Assembly: GCA_964014485.1 (NCBI GenBank) | Contig: CAXHAT010000151.1 | Span: 1-19,848 of the forward strand | Source of the DNA: an uncultured Deferribacteres bacterium | GTDB taxonomy: Bacteria > Zhuqueibacterota > Zhuqueibacteria > Zhuqueibacterales > Geothermadaptataceae | Direction: 5' to 3' | DNA length: 19,848 nt | Shown: positions 1-8,560 of the stretch, one piece after another | How positions within the stretch are numbered: the first letter of the stretch is position 1 | Layout of the letters: each line of letters begins with the position of its first letter | Program-made: the position numbers and the translations under genes | The notes under the pieces: model-generated | What the model was told of the DNA's origin: nothing | Database searches by the model: none | What the model saw: the letters and a program-made list of their open reading frames with translations, nothing else

Positions 1-1
1 T

Positions 2-43
2 CAAAACGTCTTCTCTTCACTCAACGTCACGCTGCCGGATTAA
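2..43 (+). CDS. Possible 3' end of an upstream gene truncated by the window edge (…QNVFSSLNVTLPD*)
   Basis: Frame 2 is open from the edge to TAA at 41-43 and is followed directly by a terminator-like hairpin. Too short to identify. Confidence 0.35.
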   Translation, partial: QNVFSSLNVTLPD

Positions 44-50
44 GGCGTTT

Positions 51-97
51 AAACGCGCCGTTCGATGCTCTTCATTCTGCGGATGCGGCGCGTTTTT
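51..97 (+). terminator. Putative intrinsic terminator
   Basis: Perfect 10-bp inverted repeat AAACGCGCCG (51-60) / CGGCGCGTTT (86-95) running into a T tract. The 25-nt loop is long but partly pairable. Confidence 0.5.
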
Positions 98-156
98 ACA
101 CATTTTCATTTCACTGCCGAACGCTCTCAAATTCCACCCTCAAAATATTCTTGTCC

Positions 157-2076
157 ATGATTCGATTTCTACTCAAAAACCAAACGGCGAAAAGCAGTCT
201 TCTCGCAGCGTTACTATTTTCAACCGGCGCCAGCGCCCAAGAATTGCGCGGCGTTTGGGTGACGAACGTCGCTTCGGACGTCATGAATTCGAAGCAAAAC
301 CTCGCCGAAGCGATGGATCTACTGGCCGAAACCGGAATCAACGCCATTTTCCCGGTAGTTTACAACAACGGCCACACGCTCTATCCAAGCTTGGTCATGG
401 AAGTCACGACGGGGATTCGAGTGCATCCTAATTTTTCCGGGCGCGACGTGCTGGCGGATATGATCGCGGAGGCGCATCGCGTTGGCATTGAAGTCCACCC
501 GTGGCTGGAGTATGGCTTCGTGGCCTCGTTCGGCTCGAATGGCGGGCCGATTTTAGCGAACCATCCGGATTGGGCGGGGAAGCGCCGATCCACCGGCGAC
601 GCACGCTCTGACGACAATTTTTACTGGATGAGTCAGGCGAACCCGGACGTGCAAAACTTCTTGATCGATCTGGCCTTGGAAATCATCGATTTTTACGACG
701 TGGACGGCGTTCAACTTGACCGCGTTCGTTACGGCAACATTCACAACAACGGCGACGCTTGCTGCGTCGCGTCGGATTTTGGCTATGACGACGCGCACCT
801 GGAGCGTTACCGCGCCGAAAACAACAACGCCGATCCGCCAACCAATCCTGCAAACGCCGCCTGGAAGGATTGGCGCGCCGGAGTGCTGGCTGATTTTCAC
901 CAAAAATTCTACGACGCCGTCAAGGAAATCAATCCGCACATCATGGTCTCAAACGCGCCGGTGGTTTTTCCTTACGGATTCGATAATTTCATGCAAGATT
1001 GGCTGATTTGGGTTGAAGAAGGCAGCGTCGATTTCGTTGCGCCGCAGCTTTATCGGCGGGACGTCGGGTCGTACGTTTTTGAGCTTAACAAAGTCGTCAA
1101 CCAGCAGGTTCCGCAGGCCGTGGACAAGGTTTTCGCCGGGATGCTCATTCGCAGCGGCGACTACAACGCCAGCGGTCATTTGGCGGCGGATTTTGTACAG
1201 GAATACCGCAAAAAAGGCGTATCCGGCGGCGTCTTCTGGTTTTTCGAAGGAATGGAACAAGTCGCACCGACTCTGAAAAACGAGGTTTTTAGCGAGCCGA
1301 GCCGCCCGCCGTTTCGCGATACGCTTTGGCGGCCAAAAGCGATCATTGTTGAGGAAGATGATCCAAACAATACCCGGAGCGGCGAGTGGTCAGCGCTTGC
1401 AGGCGAGGGGCGGGACGGATTTTACAGTTTTGATGGACGGCTTTTGACGGCTACGGGAAATTCAGGCGCAACGATTCAGTACGCCGCGAATATTCCGGCG
1501 ACAGGCTACTTTGACATTTATTTTCACAAGCCTTTCAACAATCAGTTGGGCGCAGCCGTGCCGCTCAAATTGCTCGACGGCTCGAACGTGACCGTTTCCG
1601 TTAAGGAAGATAATGAATTCGATCGCGGGTGGACGTTCGTCGCCACGATGTTTTTTCAGGAAGGACTTCAGCCCGTTCTCGAAATCGGCACGACGGGCGT
1701 TTCGATCAACAAGCTCACCGCCGCGGACGCAGTTATGCTCAAAATCAACCGCCTGCTCAGCCCGGAGGCCATCATCACGTCCGCTGTTAAATCGCCAAGA
1801 TCAAGCATTCCGGCGGAATTCCGGCTTGAGCAAAACTTCCCGAATCCTTTCAATCCGTCAACCACGATTCGCTTCCAAATTCCGAAACAAGAATATGTGC
1901 AATTGCGCGTTTTTGACCTCGCCGGTCGTCTCGTTTCAACGCTTGTCGACCGAGTCGTTTCGCCCGGCGTTCATTCCGTCCGATTTGCACCGCAAAATCT
2001 CGCCAGCGGGTTGTATTTTTACCGACTCAAAACTGCGCATTTCACGCAAATGCGCAAGCTCGCCGTTTTGAAATAA
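157..2076 (+). CDS. Secreted glycosyl hydrolase-like family 10 (GHL10/DUF187, YddW/DigH-like) protein with Golvesin/Xly CBM-like beta-sandwich and T9SS type A-like C-terminal sorting domain
   Basis: Signal peptide ending ASA|Q. GHL10 motifs ELRGVWV, AHRVGIEVHPWLEYG, YDVDGVQLD and VDFVAPQLY. IIVE...GEW...PATGYFDIY...ADAVML beta-sandwich. C-terminal LEQNFPNPFNPSTTIRF...LASGLYFYRL...RKLAVLK. ATG 157 is preferred over TTG 151. Confidence 0.85.
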   Translation: MIRFLLKNQTAKSSLLAALLFSTGASAQELRGVWVTNVASDVMNSKQNLAEAMDLLAETGINAIFPVVYNNGHTLYPSLVMEVTTGIRVHPNFSGRDVLADMIAEAHRVGIEVHPWLEYGFVASFGSNGGPILANHPDWAGKRRSTGDARSDDNFYWMSQANPDVQNFLIDLALEIIDFYDVDGVQLDRVRYGNIHNNGDACCVASDFGYDDAHLERYRAENNNADPPTNPANAAWKDWRAGVLADFHQKFYDAVKEINPHIMVSNAPVVFPYGFDNFMQDWLIWVEEGSVDFVAPQLYRRDVGSYVFELNKVVNQQVPQAVDKVFAGMLIRSGDYNASGHLAADFVQEYRKKGVSGGVFWFFEGMEQVAPTLKNEVFSEPSRPPFRDTLWRPKAIIVEEDDPNNTRSGEWSALAGEGRDGFYSFDGRLLTATGNSGATIQYAANIPATGYFDIYFHKPFNNQLGAAVPLKLLDGSNVTVSVKEDNEFDRGWTFVATMFFQEGLQPVLEIGTTGVSINKLTAADAVMLKINRLLSPEAIITSAVKSPRSSIPAEFRLEQNFPNPFNPSTTIRFQIPKQEYVQLRVFDLAGRLVSTLVDRVVSPGVHSVRFAPQNLASGLYFYRLKTAHFTQMRKLAVLK

Positions 2077-2116
2077 TCCAATTACGTAACTGATGTTACG
2101 CAAAGCTTCCAACATT

Positions 2117-2145
2117 TTGAAAATGCTTGGTATAGCTTCTAAAAT
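2117..2145 (+). promoter_or_regulatory. Sigma70-type promoter for sbcDC
   Basis: TTGAAA (2117-2122), 17-bp spacer, TAAAAT (2140-2145). SD-like GAGG at 2168-2171 precedes ATG 2178. Confidence 0.65.
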
Positions 2146-2177
2146 TTGGAACAATGCCTTCTCATTTGAGGAACTAA

Positions 2178-3341
2178 ATGCGATTTCTACACACCGCCGA
2201 CTGGCACCTTGGCAGCCGTTTGGCCGGGTATAGCCGCGATGAAGAATTATTCGCACAAGTTGAACGAATTTGTCAAATCGCCGCTAAAAATAACGTCGAG
2301 GCGCTCCTTGTCGCCGGCGACGTGTTTGACAACCGCCGACGCCTGGCTGAACTCACGAAACGCTTGGCGCAAATTCTCGCGCCGCATGTTCGCAACGGCA
2401 TGCACGTTATTCTCGCTTCTGGGAATCACGATGACCGAGAGCATTTTCGCATGTTGGCGTCCTTGCTCGCGCTTGAACAGGGGCGGAGCGAGTTGATTCA
2501 CATCGTGCAAAAGCCGCAAATTTTGTCGATCAATGACGTGCAATTCGGAATTGTTCCCTACCCCACGCGAGAGTTGCTACAGCCGCATCAACCGGAGATT
2601 ACCGGCAAGGCGGGCAGGCGCAAAATTCTGAGCACCGCTTTTGCAGAACTTGTCGCCGATGTCGCCGCCGGGTTTGACGCTGAAAAACAGGCGGTTTTGG
2701 TCACGCACGCAACAATTGCAGGCGTAAAGTCCGCCAGCGATCGCGAATTAACTTATGATGAAGACATTGTGCTTGGCGCTAAAGATTTTCCGTCGCATCC
2801 CAACCTGGCTTACATCGCACTTGGGCATATTCACCAGCCGCAGCAGATTCCCCACGCCGTCCCGTGTTATTACAGCGGCAGTATCGACCGGTTGAACTTT
2901 GGCGAAAAAAATGACGCCAAGAGCGTCTTCGTCGTCGATCTTGGAAAAGAGCAAAGCGCGAACGTTCAGAAAATTGAATTGGACGCGACGCCTTTCTACG
3001 ATCTGACGATTGATGCTCAGGAAATCGAATCCTTGCCGGAGAATTACCGGGACATTGATCGCGCATTTTTCAAGTTTCAAGTTAATTGCGCTGCGGGCGA
3101 CAACCCAATCATGCTCCAAAGACGCTTGCGTGAGCTCTGCCCGCGTTGTCTCGATGTGCAATTCTCCGGCGAAGGCGTCACGTTGTTGAGTTTAAACGCG
3201 CCGGAAAATTCCGAAGATTACCGCACAACGGCGCTCGACTACGTTCGCGAAAAATTTGCCGACGATCCTGATCTGCCGGATTTGGAACGACGCGCCGAAA
3301 CGCTCATTCGAGAGGTGGACGATGTTGCTGCAGCGGCTTGA
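2178..3341 (+). CDS. sbcD: SbcD/Mre11-family DNA repair nuclease (metallophosphoesterase)
   Basis: Motifs HTADWHLG, AGDVFD, GNHD, THA, LGHIH and YSGS. Adjacent to a Rad50-like ATPase. Confidence 0.93.
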   Translation: MRFLHTADWHLGSRLAGYSRDEELFAQVERICQIAAKNNVEALLVAGDVFDNRRRLAELTKRLAQILAPHVRNGMHVILASGNHDDREHFRMLASLLALEQGRSELIHIVQKPQILSINDVQFGIVPYPTRELLQPHQPEITGKAGRRKILSTAFAELVADVAAGFDAEKQAVLVTHATIAGVKSASDRELTYDEDIVLGAKDFPSHPNLAYIALGHIHQPQQIPHAVPCYYSGSIDRLNFGEKNDAKSVFVVDLGKEQSANVQKIELDATPFYDLTIDAQEIESLPENYRDIDRAFFKFQVNCAAGDNPIMLQRRLRELCPRCLDVQFSGEGVTLLSLNAPENSEDYRTTALDYVREKFADDPDLPDLERRAETLIREVDDVAAAA

Positions 3342-6300
3342 GCTGACGGGGTTTCTCAGTCATTTCGGACGCGAAACCGGCGAGGGTGAAATCGAGCCGG
3401 TTGAAATTGATTTCCGCTCCGCTTCACTTTGGCTGATTCACGGCCCCAACGGCGCGGGCAAAAGCGCTTTGTTCGACGCCATCACCTTCGCGCTGTATAA
3501 ATTTCATCGCGGTGGCAAAACCGGTTTTCAGCGATTGATTCATGATGAAGCGAAAAAAGCAGAGATTGCGCTGGAAATCCAACTGCAAGGCAAGGATTAT
3601 CTCATCCAGCGCTCTATCGCCAGAACTTCGAAAGGCGCTCGCGTTTGGGGGATTGTCAGACGGCGCGGAAAAGATGGTTGGACGGCGATTCCAGGCACGG
3701 AAAACAAGGTCGAGCGCTGGGTGGGAGAACGTCTGCGCTTCAACGAAAAAACCTTTTCAATGGCCGCGCTTTTGAGGCAGGGCGAAGCTGACGCCTTTCT
3801 CAAGGCGCCCCCCGCCGAGCGCAAAGAACATCTGCTCGAACTGCTTGATCTTACATTTTATCAAAAACTTGGCGAAGCCGCGCTCCGGAGTCAAAAAGAA
3901 TGGCGAAATGAAGTTGAAAAACGACGCCACAAAGTTGAGGATGCGGAGGAGGTTTCTCCCTCGCATTTGAAAAACTTTGAGCAAGAAACAAGCGAATGCC
4001 AGGCTGCTTTTGCATGCGCCCAAAAGCTGGCGGGCGCCAAAGAAAAAGCGCTTGCGAACGCACGAGCGGCGCAGGAACTGACCGAGCAGATTGAAGCGCA
4101 CCAAAAAAAGCAAGCTGACGATGAAAAATTGCTTTCGCGTGCGGAAGAAATTCGGCGGCAGGCCAAACGCTACCACGTGCTTGCTTCAACGCTGCCCCTG
4201 CTTGATGCATTTTGGCAAGCCCAAAATCGGTTAGCTGACGAGGAATCGCGCCTGCAAAAATTAAAGCATGAGCTTTCTGAAGCCGACGAAAGTCTGACAA
4301 AACTGGCGCGACAACTCGACGAAATCAGACCAAAAGAAATGAAATTGCGAACACAAGTCGAGAGTCTGGGAGAAAAAAACGCGGCTTTAAAGGAGCGGCG
4401 CGTTGAGCTTTCGCAGCAGCTTGACCAGGTAGAACGCATTGACAGCCTTTATCGCGAAATACAAAAAGCGCAAGACGCTTTCGCAAAGCACGCAGACGTT
4501 TTTGAGCAAGCCGAAGAAATTGAAGCGCGTTTTCAACGCTTGACCGAACTGCGCGACGCAATCCCCAAACTAGAAGATTTGGAGAAAGAGCAGGATCGGT
4601 TTATTCAAGATCAGGAAGCTCAGGACGAAGCTCACGAGAAGCGCAGCGCGGCTGAACAAGAGTTGGGAAAGCGCAAAAAAACGCTGTTTTCGACTGAGAA
4701 GAATCTACGCTCTGAAAAAAATGCGGTTGCCGAAATTGACCAAACGATCAACACAACACGTCGCGAGCTTGCGGTCTTGCGAGATAAACTCAATCGACGA
4801 AAAGGCGTTGCGGAAGAAGTCGAATGCCCGACTTGCGGCAGCTCGCTGGATTCGGAAGAATCGAAACGCCGCATCAGCACGCAGTGTGCGCACTGGGCGG
4901 AGCAGTTAGAAAAGCTCGAAGAACTTGAAGGCGATCAAACGCTGCGTCTTGAGCATGTCCGAAAGACTTTTGAAAAAACTGAACGGGTTTTAGCTGAAGA
5001 AGAAGCTGCGGTTAACGATTCAGAAAAAACAGTCACGCAGGCGGCGAGCGCTTGTGAACATGCAGAAAAAACGGTGGAACGTCAAAAGAGCGCAGTGCAG
5101 GCGGCCTTGGAGAAATGCGGCTCATGGGCAAAGGAACTGCCGAATTTAACGCTGCTGAAAACCGAGGCGGAAGAGTTGCGCACGGTCGAAGCGTTAAAGA
5201 AAAAATTGAAAACGGCGCAGGAAACAAAGGTGCAAATCGAAGCGACGATTTCGGCCTGTAACTCTCAGCTTGCCGAAACGCCGAACTGGAGCGGCGAGGA
5301 ACGCGCGGCAATTCGGCGCCGTCACAAGGAGATTGAAAGTGAAATTGGTGAATGCGAGGCGTTGCTTGAAGCGACAGAACGCAATTTTATGGCTGAGAAA
5401 AATAGTCGGAAGTCGCTGGAGAAAAAAACGCACGAATCTTCCGCGCTCAAAAACACGCTCGAATCTCGTTTGGCGGACGGCGTCGAACGAAAGCTGACCG
5501 CCGAAAGTGAATTGAAACGTCAACGCAAGGCATTGCCTGAAGACTGGCGTAAACACACAGCGTGCGAAGACGAAAACGCTCTGGAAGATTTGAAAACCGA
5601 GTACAAAGCATTGGCTGACGCAAAGACGCTGGAGGTTGAGTTGCACGCCGCCAATGAGCGAGCCAACAGGATCGTCGGAGCGCTTAGGATTTTGGAAAAA
5701 CGCCTTGCTGACATTCCAAAATCAGACCGCCGTCCAGTTTCAAAAGCCGAGCAGGAGATGGAAGAAGCAACGGTGAATTTGAATGCCGCCGAGCAAAAAC
5801 TCAACGAGACGCGGCAAGACTTGCTCGAATTGCAGAACCGCAAAAAGCTGTACGATTTGCAAATCTCTGAGCTAAAAGAGGCCGAGCTCGAGCTGGGTTA
5901 TGCTCAAAAATTGGCCAAAGCGTACGGGCGGGACGGCTTGCAGGCTCGGATTATTCAGCAGGCGCAAGATCGAATAAAAACATTCGCCAATGACACGTTG
6001 AGCAGATTGAGCAACGGCGCTTGGCAAATCGAATTGCAAGAGCGTGAGCAAAACACGTCGGAATTGGAAATTCTCGCTCGCGATTTACGTCATCCCGGAG
6101 CGCCTTTGCGGTCTTTTGAATATTTGAGCGGCGGTGAAAAGTTTCGCGTTGCGATTAGCATTGCCGTCGCCATCGGCCAAGCGGTCTCCGGCGGGCGAAC
6201 GGTCGAAACGCTCATTATCGACGAAGGGTTTGGGGCGTTGGACGAAGTCAATCGCAGCTTACTCGTGCAGGAATTGCATCGTTTAAGCGAACAAGTGTTG

Positions 6301-6417
6301 AAGGGAGGACGCGTCATTGTCGTTTCGCACCAGGACGACGTGTGTGACGAATTCGGCAGTCGTATCCGGCTCAATCGCGAAGGCAGCGGCGGCGTTTCCG
6401 TGGAGCGTTCGTTTTAA
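3322..6417 (+). CDS. sbcC: SbcC/Rad50-family SMC-like ATPase (about 1031 aa)
   Basis: Walker A GPNGAGKS, Q-loop LRQGE, long coiled coils, zinc hook CPTC, signature LSGGE, Walker B/D-loop LIIDEGFGALD and H-loop VSH. Start moved to ATG 3322 (MLLQRLEL) after the SD-like GAGGTG; 20-bp overlap with sbcD. Confidence 0.93.
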   Translation: MLLQRLELTGFLSHFGRETGEGEIEPVEIDFRSASLWLIHGPNGAGKSALFDAITFALYKFHRGGKTGFQRLIHDEAKKAEIALEIQLQGKDYLIQRSIARTSKGARVWGIVRRRGKDGWTAIPGTENKVERWVGERLRFNEKTFSMAALLRQGEADAFLKAPPAERKEHLLELLDLTFYQKLGEAALRSQKEWRNEVEKRRHKVEDAEEVSPSHLKNFEQETSECQAAFACAQKLAGAKEKALANARAAQELTEQIEAHQKKQADDEKLLSRAEEIRRQAKRYHVLASTLPLLDAFWQAQNRLADEESRLQKLKHELSEADESLTKLARQLDEIRPKEMKLRTQVESLGEKNAALKERRVELSQQLDQVERIDSLYREIQKAQDAFAKHADVFEQAEEIEARFQRLTELRDAIPKLEDLEKEQDRFIQDQEAQDEAHEKRSAAEQELGKRKKTLFSTEKNLRSEKNAVAEIDQTINTTRRELAVLRDKLNRRKGVAEEVECPTCGSSLDSEESKRRISTQCAHWAEQLEKLEELEGDQTLRLEHVRKTFEKTERVLAEEEAAVNDSEKTVTQAASACEHAEKTVERQKSAVQAALEKCGSWAKELPNLTLLKTEAEELRTVEALKKKLKTAQETKVQIEATISACNSQLAETPNWSGEERAAIRRRHKEIESEIGECEALLEATERNFMAEKNSRKSLEKKTHESSALKNTLESRLADGVERKLTAESELKRQRKALPEDWRKHTACEDENALEDLKTEYKALADAKTLEVELHAANERANRIVGALRILEKRLADIPKSDRRPVSKAEQEMEEATVNLNAAEQKLNETRQDLLELQNRKKLYDLQISELKEAELELGYAQKLAKAYGRDGLQARIIQQAQDRIKTFANDTLSRLSNGAWQIELQEREQNTSELEILARDLRHPGAPLRSFEYLSGGEKFRVAISIAVAIGQAVSGGRTVETLIIDEGFGALDEVNRSLLVQELHRLSEQVLKGGRVIVVSHQDDVCDEFGSRIRLNREGSGGVSVERSF

Positions 6418-6461
6418 CCAAGATTTTTTTTGGGGGGGGAGGTATTCGCGTTTATTTCCAA

Positions 6462-7619
6462 TCACGCGAAATCGACGATACGGCGCTGGACGTATGCTCT
6501 GGCCCAGGCGTCAGCGGTCAGGATAGTTTCGAGGTCTTCGGTCGGAGAAGTTTGGTGGGTTTGCAGCGCTTCATCGACGAGTTGGGGGATTTGGATGAAA
6601 CCGATTTTCCTATCCAGAAACGCGTAAACGGCTTCTTCATTGGCCGCGTTTAAGACAGCCGGCGCCGTTCCGCCGACCTGCAGCGTTTGGAAGGCGAGCT
6701 TGAGGGAACGAAATTTTTCCAAATCCGGCTCGAAGAATGTCAATTGATTGAATTTCACAAAATCCATACGCGGCAGCGAATTTGGCAAACGTTCGGGATA
6801 AGTCAACGCGTATTGAATCGGCAGCCGCATGTCGGGCAGGCCAAGCTGCGCCTTGATCGAGCTGTCCGAGAATTCAACCATCGAATGAATGATCGATTGC
6901 GGGTGAATCAAGACGGAAATCTGGTCTGCGGTGACGTCAAAAAGCCAGAACGCCTCGATGACTTCCAGCCCTTTATTCATCAGCGTCGCCGAGTCGATGG
7001 TTATTTTTTTGCCCATCGCCCAATTGGGGTGCCGCAGCGCACGCTCAACGGTCACTTCTCGAAATTCTTCTTTGGGTAATTCACGAAACGGCCCGCCTGA
7101 AGCGGTCAAAATCAACCTTTCGACGTCACTTTCCTTTTCGCCGACGACGCACTGCCACAGAGCGCTGTGCTCGCTGTCGATCGGGATCAAGCGCGCATTG
7201 TTTGCTTGCACTAGAGTGGTGACCAAGCGTCCCCCGGCAACGAGCGTTTCCTTATTCGCCAGAGCAATGGTTTTACCGTTTTTCGCCGCTGCAATCGTCG
7301 GCTTTAGCCCCGCCGCGCCAACGACGGCGTTCACGAGAATATCGTAGTCGTTCTCTCCGGCAAGCGCTTCAAGAACGTCAGCGCCCACGAGCAATTCCAC
7401 GCCAATTTCACGAAAACGAGCAAACCATTCGGTTGCGACATTTTCGCTGACGAGAGCGGCTCTATCGGGTTTGCACTGCTTCGAAAGCTCGAATAAAGAT
7501 TCAATATTCGAATAGGCGGCGACTGATTTTATCAGAAACTTTTCCTCGAATCGCCGCACAATATCAATACAATTTTTCCCGATAGAGCCTGTTGCTCCAA
7601 GAAGGCAGATCGATTTCAT
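6462..7619 (-). CDS. dxr: 1-deoxy-D-xylulose-5-phosphate reductoisomerase
   Basis: Motifs LGATGSIG, LANKET, PIDSEH, LTASGGPFR and HPNWAMGKKITIDSATLMNKGLEVIEA. Confidence 0.98.
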   Translation of the reverse strand: MKSICLLGATGSIGKNCIDIVRRFEEKFLIKSVAAYSNIESLFELSKQCKPDRAALVSENVATEWFARFREIGVELLVGADVLEALAGENDYDILVNAVVGAAGLKPTIAAAKNGKTIALANKETLVAGGRLVTTLVQANNARLIPIDSEHSALWQCVVGEKESDVERLILTASGGPFRELPKEEFREVTVERALRHPNWAMGKKITIDSATLMNKGLEVIEAFWLFDVTADQISVLIHPQSIIHSMVEFSDSSIKAQLGLPDMRLPIQYALTYPERLPNSLPRMDFVKFNQLTFFEPDLEKFRSLKLAFQTLQVGGTAPAVLNAANEEAVYAFLDRKIGFIQIPQLVDEALQTHQTSPTEDLETILTADAWARAYVQRRIVDFA

Positions 7620-7620
7620 T

Positions 7621-8451
7621 TTATCTGATGGAGAATGTGGCGCCCGCAGTCACGTTCTGAAATTCGCCAAAATTATATTCGGCGTTGATTTTGAAAACGG
7701 ACAAGTTCAGCGTTGCGCCAAGCGTCGTGTGCGTGCTTGAACCGTCAAATGCGGCGGTGAAGCCGTCAGGGAGGAAACTCTCAATGGGTGCAATTTGGAT
7801 GGTCAGATCGGTTCTGTCGTAGCCATAGCCCAAGTAGAACGTCAGCATGGAAATGTCCTGGCTTATGAAGCCTTTCAAACTCAAAACAGAAACGTCGCCA
7901 AAGTCAAAATCTTCCGGGACGATGAGGACTTGGTAGCCTGCAAGCAGTACAATGTTGGGGCGATTCGGATTTTGCACGAGGCCGTACTTCAAAGCGCCGC
8001 CGATGAGCGTCACTTCTTCTCGCAGCGGGCGTTCGCCGACTGGATAATGAAAGCATCGCGCGTTCACTTCCAGATTGCCCGGAAGTCCAAGGCTTGCCGT
8101 AATGAACGGGTAGCCAAGAACGTCTTCATTGTCGAACGGGCCCAATGGCACGTCTGGATCCGGCAAATCACCGATCAAATTGCCGAACTCGTCGGGAACA
8201 ATGGCAGCCGGGAATCTGACGCCTACATCGAATCCGCCGAGCTTGTGAACTCGCGCCGTGTTCACAAACCCGGCCCCGCCGATCGAGCCAAAGAAACCAA
8301 GAATGGGCTCGGCCAGCATTTGCACCTGTTCTTCAATGTTCCCAGGCCCGATGAACGGGTCTAAATCAAATACCTGCGCACCCGCTTTCCCGGTTGCCAG
8401 CGCGAATGTTGCCGTTAAAACCAAAACACTTTTCACAATCGACTTTTTCAT
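7621..8451 (-). CDS. Putative outer-membrane beta-barrel protein, DUF6588-like
   Basis: Signal peptide (AGA|Q). The GFVNTARVHKLGGFDVG motif resembles DUF6588 as I recall it. Amphipathic strands (ITASLGLPGNLEVNAR, GGALKYGL, KINAEYNF, VTAGATFSIR). SD AGAGGAG; stop 1 nt from the dxr start. Confidence 0.65.
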   Translation of the reverse strand: MKKSIVKSVLVLTATFALATGKAGAQVFDLDPFIGPGNIEEQVQMLAEPILGFFGSIGGAGFVNTARVHKLGGFDVGVRFPAAIVPDEFGNLIGDLPDPDVPLGPFDNEDVLGYPFITASLGLPGNLEVNARCFHYPVGERPLREEVTLIGGALKYGLVQNPNRPNIVLLAGYQVLIVPEDFDFGDVSVLSLKGFISQDISMLTFYLGYGYDRTDLTIQIAPIESFLPDGFTAAFDGSSTHTTLGATLNLSVFKINAEYNFGEFQNVTAGATFSIR

Positions 8452-8560
8452 AAAGTACTCCTCTTTAGAGGGTGGCTAGTTTCCCCGTCAAAAAGCCGGG
8501 GGCGTTGAGAAATGTTTCAGTAAACCAAGGGAGTGGAGATGGAGAAAGAATTTTGTCGGG

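Noticed and set aside
1..156. Frame 1 is open from base 1 into the hydrolase, suggesting a longer N-terminus
   Set aside because: A signal peptide starts at ATG 157 and the upstream part contains a terminator-like hairpin.
3256..3321. N-terminal extension of SbcC in the ORF track
   Set aside because: It lies within sbcD. The SD motif and the family N-terminus point to ATG 3322.
2178..6417. Wadjet/Lamassu-type SMC defence system
   Set aside because: Canonical SbcD metallophosphoesterase plus zinc-hook SbcC, with no kleisin, KITE or effector genes alongside.
7795..8364. 189-aa antisense ORF, plus the many other shadow ORFs in the track
   Set aside because: They overlap confidently assigned genes, have no motifs and are expected by chance or codon symmetry.
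8460..8471. Short hairpin CCTC-TAAA-GAGG over the SD of the DUF6588-like gene (similar short stems at sbcD 2159-2172 and the tamB-like gene 16768-16784)
   Set aside because: Stems of 4-7 bp are too weak to call riboregulators or thermometers.
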